From assembly GCA_963662665.2 (NCBI GenBank), contig CAXXJS010000028.1:159432-223431 (forward strand): a DNA stretch of 64,000 nt, written 5' to 3'. The stretch's first letter is position 1. Every line of letters begins with the position of its first letter. Source of the DNA: Candidatus Latescibacterota bacterium. Its GTDB lineage: Bacteria; Latescibacterota; UBA2968; GCA-2709665. The notes under the pieces were generated by a model. It saw only the letters and a program-made list of their open reading frames with translations. It made no database searches and was not told the origin of the DNA. The position numbers were made by a program, and so were the translations under genes. Below, piece by piece: positions 58,887-64,000 of this stretch.

Positions 58887-60404
58887 ATGTTTGGAAGTCT
58901 TCGCAGCGTATTCGTGTTGGCGCTTTCCGCGGGATTAATCTGGGGCTGCGGGAGCGAACGCCTGACAACGTCGCAGGTTCCCGAGGCGGGCGAAGGCGCC
59001 GGTCAGCCCGCCGGCAAGCTGGCCATCAATGGCATGATGCGGGCCGTGGTGGTTGCCAACGTGCGGGACGGTAGCGCCGGTGTAAGCGGCGTCACCGTTG
59101 AGTTCGCGCGCTCGGTTTCAGGTCGCACGACAGAATTCGAATGGTCGGTGACGACCAACGCGCGAGGGCAGGCCTACGTGGATATCGGGGGCGCCGGAGT
59201 GACCGGCTACTATCGAGCGCGGGCGATGCGGGACGGGAGCGAAGTCGGTTCGTGGACTAGCATACCGGTTAACAGCGGATATCAGTCGCAGGTTGAATTG
59301 CCGCTTGGCGACAAGGCGCGTGCGGGCGGGTCAATTGCGCTGACGCCCGGCGGTCTCCCCGCAAAGATAGCCATCGGTTTCGCCATGCCGCTGACCGGAC
59401 CTCAAGACGTGTACGGCCTGCCGGCGTTGGAAGGCTTCGAGCTGGCTCAGAAAGAGATCAATGCCTCTTCCAGGCTCGGCGGCGCAAGTATCGAATTTAT
59501 CGTCGAGGATACTGAGGGCACGATCGACGCCGCCACTGCAGCTTTCAACAAACTCATCAACGAAGACGGCGTAAACGTTATTCTGGGCCCCGGTATTTCC
59601 ACCGTGGGAACGGACGTGTTCCCAATCGCCCAACAGAACGAAGTCCTGGCATTCAGTTCAACCTCGACCGCTGTCGGCCTGAGCGCGATCGGCGACTATA
59701 TTTTCCGCTCCGGTCTCAACGTGGGTACGCTGGTTCCGGGCGCCGTCAAGGACCTGCAGGAGAAATTGAGGTTTAGCAGGGTCGCCACAATGGTGGACGA
59801 CGCCGACGTCTATTCACGGAGCCTGGACGAGGCGGTAAGCAATGCCCTGGTGGAAGGCGAAGTGGAAATTCTGAGCAGGGAGACCTTTGCAACGGGAGAT
59901 ACATCGTTCGCGGACCAGTTGAACAACATCAAGGATTTGAATCCGCACGCCCTCTTTGTTTCGTGTCTGGCGTCGGAGATGATAAAGATTATGGTCCAGG
60001 CCCGGGAAGTTGGCATTCCCTCGGATATTCCCATAATCATTCCTGAAATGACGATGGATGAAGTGACCGCCGCCAACGAGGCCGCGGAACGCGTGATCAG
60101 CATTACGAGTTGGGCAACCAACGCTTCCACGCCGGGGAACCAGACCTTTATCGAAAGTTATATGGCGGAACACGAGAGCGAACCAGGTCCGTGGGCCGCG
60201 CTTTCATACGCGTCTCTGAATATTCTCGCGGACGCAATCGCGGCAGCCGGGTCGACGGATGCCGGGGCGATTAAAGACGAGCTGGCCAAGACGCAGGACA
60301 TCGACACGATTCTGGGCCGCTTTTCATTCAACGCCGACGGCGACGCGGTCTACGATCCCATTGTCCTGATCGTCCGCGACGGCGCCTTCGAGCTGTTCGA
60401 GTAG
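58887..60404 (+). CDS. Lipoprotein: RSISGR module + LivJ-like type-1 substrate-binding domain
   Basis: Lipobox LIWGC, RSVSGR...SWTSIP, IGFAMPLTG, GDYIFR, LGRFSFNADGD. Confidence 0.9.
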   Translation: MFGSLRSVFVLALSAGLIWGCGSERLTTSQVPEAGEGAGQPAGKLAINGMMRAVVVANVRDGSAGVSGVTVEFARSVSGRTTEFEWSVTTNARGQAYVDIGGAGVTGYYRARAMRDGSEVGSWTSIPVNSGYQSQVELPLGDKARAGGSIALTPGGLPAKIAIGFAMPLTGPQDVYGLPALEGFELAQKEINASSRLGGASIEFIVEDTEGTIDAATAAFNKLINEDGVNVILGPGISTVGTDVFPIAQQNEVLAFSSTSTAVGLSAIGDYIFRSGLNVGTLVPGAVKDLQEKLRFSRVATMVDDADVYSRSLDEAVSNALVEGEVEILSRETFATGDTSFADQLNNIKDLNPHALFVSCLASEMIKIMVQAREVGIPSDIPIIIPEMTMDEVTAANEAAERVISITSWATNASTPGNQTFIESYMAEHESEPGPWAALSYASLNILADAIAAAGSTDAGAIKDELAKTQDIDTILGRFSFNADGDAVYDPIVLIVRDGAFELFE

Positions 60405-60479
60405 AGTACACGTCTCCAGCCTCTGGATGCCATTGTGTCCGGAGGCTGTTTTACGTTTAAATCGCGGGCAGGCTCCGGC

Positions 60480-60693
60480 GTCCATAGTGGCCGATGGCGG
60501 AACGTTATTTATCGACCGCGTCGCGTTGTGCGCGGAGATCGAGGCGACGGCCGGTTTCCCCGGCCTTATCGGCGAACTCACGTGCGACGAGTTCGGAGAC
60601 TGCGGCACCGGGGTTGTAAACATCTACCGCCACGCGGACACGAGCATCGTAGACCCGGCGGAGTTGCCTGTGGTCTATCGTTTCGAGGCGTGA
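60480..60693 (+). pseudogene. C-terminal remnant of a paralogue of the 62100-63710 SBP
   Basis: LTCDEFGDCGTGVVNIYRHADTSIVDPAELPVVYRFEA is close to the 62100 protein C-terminus. Confidence 0.85.
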
Positions 60694-60970
60694 GACGCGG
60701 CCGGCAGTCGTGATGAGGATCGGATTCGGGGTTCGTTCTCTTTCGATGCAGATTGGAACGCTGTTCAGGGACCGTCCGCACTGATTTTCGGCGATGGCCT
60801 GTTTCGGATACCCGGGTGTGCCTGCGATTCACCGGCCAGGAGTATCCGTACCGGATGGTTGGTAATACATAAATGACAGGCAGTGAATGCTGCTTGTCAT
60901 TTTGCGCTTTGGTGGAGGGCGATGCTCTGCCCTATTCGCCTGACTTCGCTGGAATTTGAGGAGGTCCGGT

Positions 60971-61966
60971 TTGTTCAGCAATATCCGAGGTGCGCTGGTA
61001 TTTGCGCTCATCGCTGGCGTGAGCTGGAGTTGCGGCAGCGAACGCCTCGCAACGTCGCAGCATCAGGAAGCAGAAGACGCGGTCGGTCCGGCGGCGGGCA
61101 AACTCGCTGGAGCCGGAAACACAACTCGGGCCTCCGTCATCGTTCGCGTCCGTCAAGGCCAGACGCCTCTGAGCGGCGTCACCGTGGAGTTCGCTCGATC
61201 CGTCTCCGGGCGGGTGGCGGATTATGCGTGGTCCGGTAAGGCGGACCCGCGAGGGCGCGCGCACGTCGAGATTGCAGGAAACGGGGTGAGCGGTTATTAT
61301 AGTGCGCGGGCCATGCAGGGCGAGACCGCACTGGGTTCCTGGTCCAGCATTCCCGTCAACGCGGGATACGAATCCCGGATAGAATTACCGGTCGGTGAAA
61401 AGTCCCGTGTAACCGCCACATTAAGGTTGACGCCGGGAGGCCTTCCCGAGCAGATTCCGATCGGCCTGGTACTTCCGTGGGAAGAGCAACAGCGCCCCTT
61501 CATTCAGCCTGTTATGAATGGATTTGAACTCGCCCGCGCGGAGATTAACGGTTCTTCCCGGCTGGGCGGAGCGTCCATCGCGTTCATTGTCGGGAATTCC
61601 CGGGCCACCGCGGAAGGCGCGGTTGAAGCGTTCGACACGTTGATTCATCAGGACGCTGTACCGGTGATTCTCGGTCCGGCGCTTTCTACGGGCGCCGTCG
61701 CGGCTTTCCCCGTGGCGCAGCAGAACCAGGTCGTCGCCTTCAGTTCAACTTCGGTTGTCCCAGGCCTGAGCGCGATCGGCGACTACATTTTCCGCGCCGG
61801 TCTCAGCCTGGGCGTACTCGTGCCCGGGGGCGTCGAACAGACGAAGGAGAAGCTGGGGTATCGCCGGGTGGCGACAATGGTCGATCAGAGTGATTTGTTC
61901 GCCCGCGCCAGCGACGAAGGGCTCAGGAGCGCGTTGACCGATGCGGGGGTCGAGATTTTCGAGTGA
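60971..61966 (+). pseudogene. Lipoprotein RSISGR module + internally deleted LivJ-like domain
   Basis: Lipobox VSWSC. Collinear with the 58887 protein up to VEI, then ends FE*, missing about 170 aa. Confidence 0.8.
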
Positions 61967-62099
61967 TCTCGGTTTCCTGTGTTCCATTGCGAGCGCGCCA
62001 GGAGATGGTTCTTGTCGGATTCGAACACCCGTATAAAAAGCGACTAACCAACCACTCCTGTTAATCTCACAGGCGGAATTCCAACCGGAGGTCTTTGCC

Positions 62100-63710
62100 A
62101 TGTTAGCCAGTGTTCGCAGTCTGCTTGTGTTCGCGGTTGTTGCAGCCGTAACCTGGAGTTGCGGGGGTGAACGCCTGACGAAATCGCAGGTACCGGAGGC
62201 TGACCATCGAACCGGCCAGCCATTGGGAAAACTGGCTTTCGGTGGAGACACCACACCCGCACTGGTGGTGGCCCGCGTGATGCAGGGCGAAAATCCGGTA
62301 AGTGGCGTCACCGTGGAAATCGCACGATCCATTTCCGGGCGTTCGGCCGAATACGAGGCGTCGGGAACGACCGACGCAGGTGGCCGGGCGCGGGTGGAGA
62401 TCGGCGGATCGGGGGGTTACTACCGCGTACGGGCGATGCAGAACGGAAGCCGGCTGGGATCGTGGTCCAGTATACCCATAAAGGGTGGATACGAAACGAA
62501 CGTCGATTTGCCGGTTGGGGACAAGGCGCGCGTTACGGGTTCGTATGAGCGGGCCCTGGTTGCGATTGGCGAGGGCCAGACCGTGCATATCCGGTCGCTG
62601 CTCACCCACACGATCGCCGCATCTCTTGGTGATCCGTCGCGCAACGCCGTTGAGTTGGCCGTCCAGGACTACGGATCCGTTCACGGCCGCGACGTCGAAC
62701 TCGGCGATCCGATAGACGGCATGTGCGGGGCGGACGGCGGACGGGCGGGCGCGGAGCAGATCGTCGCCGATTCACGGGTGCTTGGCGTTATCGGAACTTC
62801 ATGCTCCGGCGCGGCGGTGGCGGCCTCACCGGTCATCAGCGCGGCAGGTCTGGTGATGATCTCACCGTCCAATACGTCGCCGAGATTAACGTCCGACCTG
62901 GCGGGCAACGCGAGTTCCGACTATCATCCGGGTTATTTCCGGCTTGCGGTTAACGATCTCTACCAGGCGCGGGCCGTCGCCGATTTCGCGTACAATGAAC
63001 TGGGTCTGAGGCGCATGGTGGCCGTCGACGACGGCGATGCCTATACAACGGCCCTCGTCAGCGCGTTCGGCAATGCGTTCGCCGCCGTCGGCGGCGAGGT
63101 TTCCGTCAGCGCGCAGATCGACAAGGGGCAGACTGACATGACACCGGTTCTCGCGGAATTCGCGGAAGCGGGGCCGGACGGCATCTTCTTCCCGCTCTTC
63201 GACGAGGAAGGTCTGCCGTTCGCGAAACAGGTGCGGGAATTCGACGGCCTGGAGGGCGTGACCCTCATCACGGGCGCCGCCTTGCTCGATTCGGAGTTTC
63301 TCGCTACACCTCAGTCCGAGGGCGTTTACGCGGCGGGACCCGAGGCGGATCTCGGCTCGAATATCAATGCCATTACCGGCAAGAGCGTGGACGAGGCATT
63401 GACGGCGTATGACGCGGCGTACGGCGGGTTCCCGGGCACGCCGTACTGGGCGCATTCCTACGATGTCACAACGCTGCTGCTCAGCGCCATCGAGTCCGTG
63501 GCGATTGCAAGGGGCGGAAACCTGATCGTGGACCGCAACGCGCTGCGCAGGGAACTCCACGCGACGTCCGGTTTTCAAGCTCTCGTCGGAACGCTCGCCT
63601 GCGATGAATTCGGCGATTGCGGTACCGGACGCATCAACATCTACCACCACACGGACACGAGCGTCACCGATCCCTCGCAGTTGCCCGTGGTCTATCGGTT
63701 TGAGCCGTAA
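62100..63710 (+). CDS. Lipoprotein: RSISGR module + branched-chain-amino-acid-type SBP (second subtype)
   Basis: Lipobox VTWSC, RSISGR...SWSSIP, GVIGTSCSGAA, ISPSNTSP, GYFRLAVND. Confidence 0.9.
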   Translation: MLASVRSLLVFAVVAAVTWSCGGERLTKSQVPEADHRTGQPLGKLAFGGDTTPALVVARVMQGENPVSGVTVEIARSISGRSAEYEASGTTDAGGRARVEIGGSGGYYRVRAMQNGSRLGSWSSIPIKGGYETNVDLPVGDKARVTGSYERALVAIGEGQTVHIRSLLTHTIAASLGDPSRNAVELAVQDYGSVHGRDVELGDPIDGMCGADGGRAGAEQIVADSRVLGVIGTSCSGAAVAASPVISAAGLVMISPSNTSPRLTSDLAGNASSDYHPGYFRLAVNDLYQARAVADFAYNELGLRRMVAVDDGDAYTTALVSAFGNAFAAVGGEVSVSAQIDKGQTDMTPVLAEFAEAGPDGIFFPLFDEEGLPFAKQVREFDGLEGVTLITGAALLDSEFLATPQSEGVYAAGPEADLGSNINAITGKSVDEALTAYDAAYGGFPGTPYWAHSYDVTTLLLSAIESVAIARGGNLIVDRNALRRELHATSGFQALVGTLACDEFGDCGTGRINIYHHTDTSVTDPSQLPVVYRFEP

Positions 63711-63741
63711 GGCCCTGAACTCCAAAAAACAGGGGAATCCA

Positions 63742-64000
63742 ATGCGTAGTCTATCTTTCCGTATCCGCAGTGTGTTGTTACCGGCTCTATCCATATGCGC
63801 AGCATGGGGTTGCACCGGCGATCGTATGACGACGTCTCAGGTACCGGAGGTCGACGGGCAGGCGGTGCGGCCGCTCGGCAAACTGGCTTCGGGTGGGGAA
63901 CAGGCGTTGGCGATTGTGGTGGCCCGCGCAACGCAAAATCAGGCGCCCGTAAGTGGCGTCACCGTAGAACTCGGACGATCCGTTTCGGGGAGGGCGGCGG
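63742..64000 (+). CDS. Next lipoprotein paralogue with RSISGR module (runs off window)
   Basis: Manual translation MRSLSFRIRSVLLPALSICAAWGCTGDRMTTSQVPE...PLGKLA...PVSGVTVELGRSVSGRAA. Confidence 0.88.
   Translation, partial: MRSLSFRIRSVLLPALSICAAWGCTGDRMTTSQVPEVDGQAVRPLGKLASGGEQALAIVVARATQNQAPVSGVTVELGRSVSGRAA

Noticed and set aside
1-64000. rRNA, tRNA, CRISPR arrays, prophage genes
   Set aside because: None recognised by inspection. A covariance-model scan would be needed to exclude small RNAs.

Overview
GC-rich bacterial chromosome segment. FlgD-Ig and dockerin-like EF-hand C-terminal tags, a PhyH expansion, an ankyrin protein and dense REP-like repeats suggest an FCB-group lineage such as Latescibacterota/Gemmatimonadota; this is inference only. 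From left to right: (1) an operon of SDR, divergent QueA-like enzyme, Cys-GAF (AirS/YhcY-like) kinase and NarL regulator; (2) a lower-GC, defence-like islet with an McrC remnant, a KAP P-loop NTPase split by an IS21 element (5-bp TSD), and a ParA-like ATPase with an orphan partner; (3) a cobalamin-riboswitch-led cobamide uptake/salvage locus (btuF, btuB, BtuG-like propeller, cbiZ, cbiB, btuD, btuC) interrupted by an IS1182, nested REP/MITE repeats, a secreted double-Cache/FlgD protein and hicAB, with an IS1380 sitting just upstream of the riboswitch; (4) decayed TA modules, methyltransferases, a GNAT pseudogene, an ankyrin protein and a catabolic cluster with three PhyH genes; (5) porin, Tat PBP, output-less HAMP protein, OFA transporter, alpha-carbonic anhydrase, Tsx/NCS2, GPP34 and SulP; (6) a tandem array of lipoprotein substrate-binding paralogues. 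The most notable observation is a ~85-aa module I do not recognise (motifs SG(V/L)TVE-x2-RS(I/V)SGR, G(Y/M)YxxR, SW(S/T)SIP). It is fused to different ligand-binding domains in five exported proteins that lack any adjacent transporter or signalling output.
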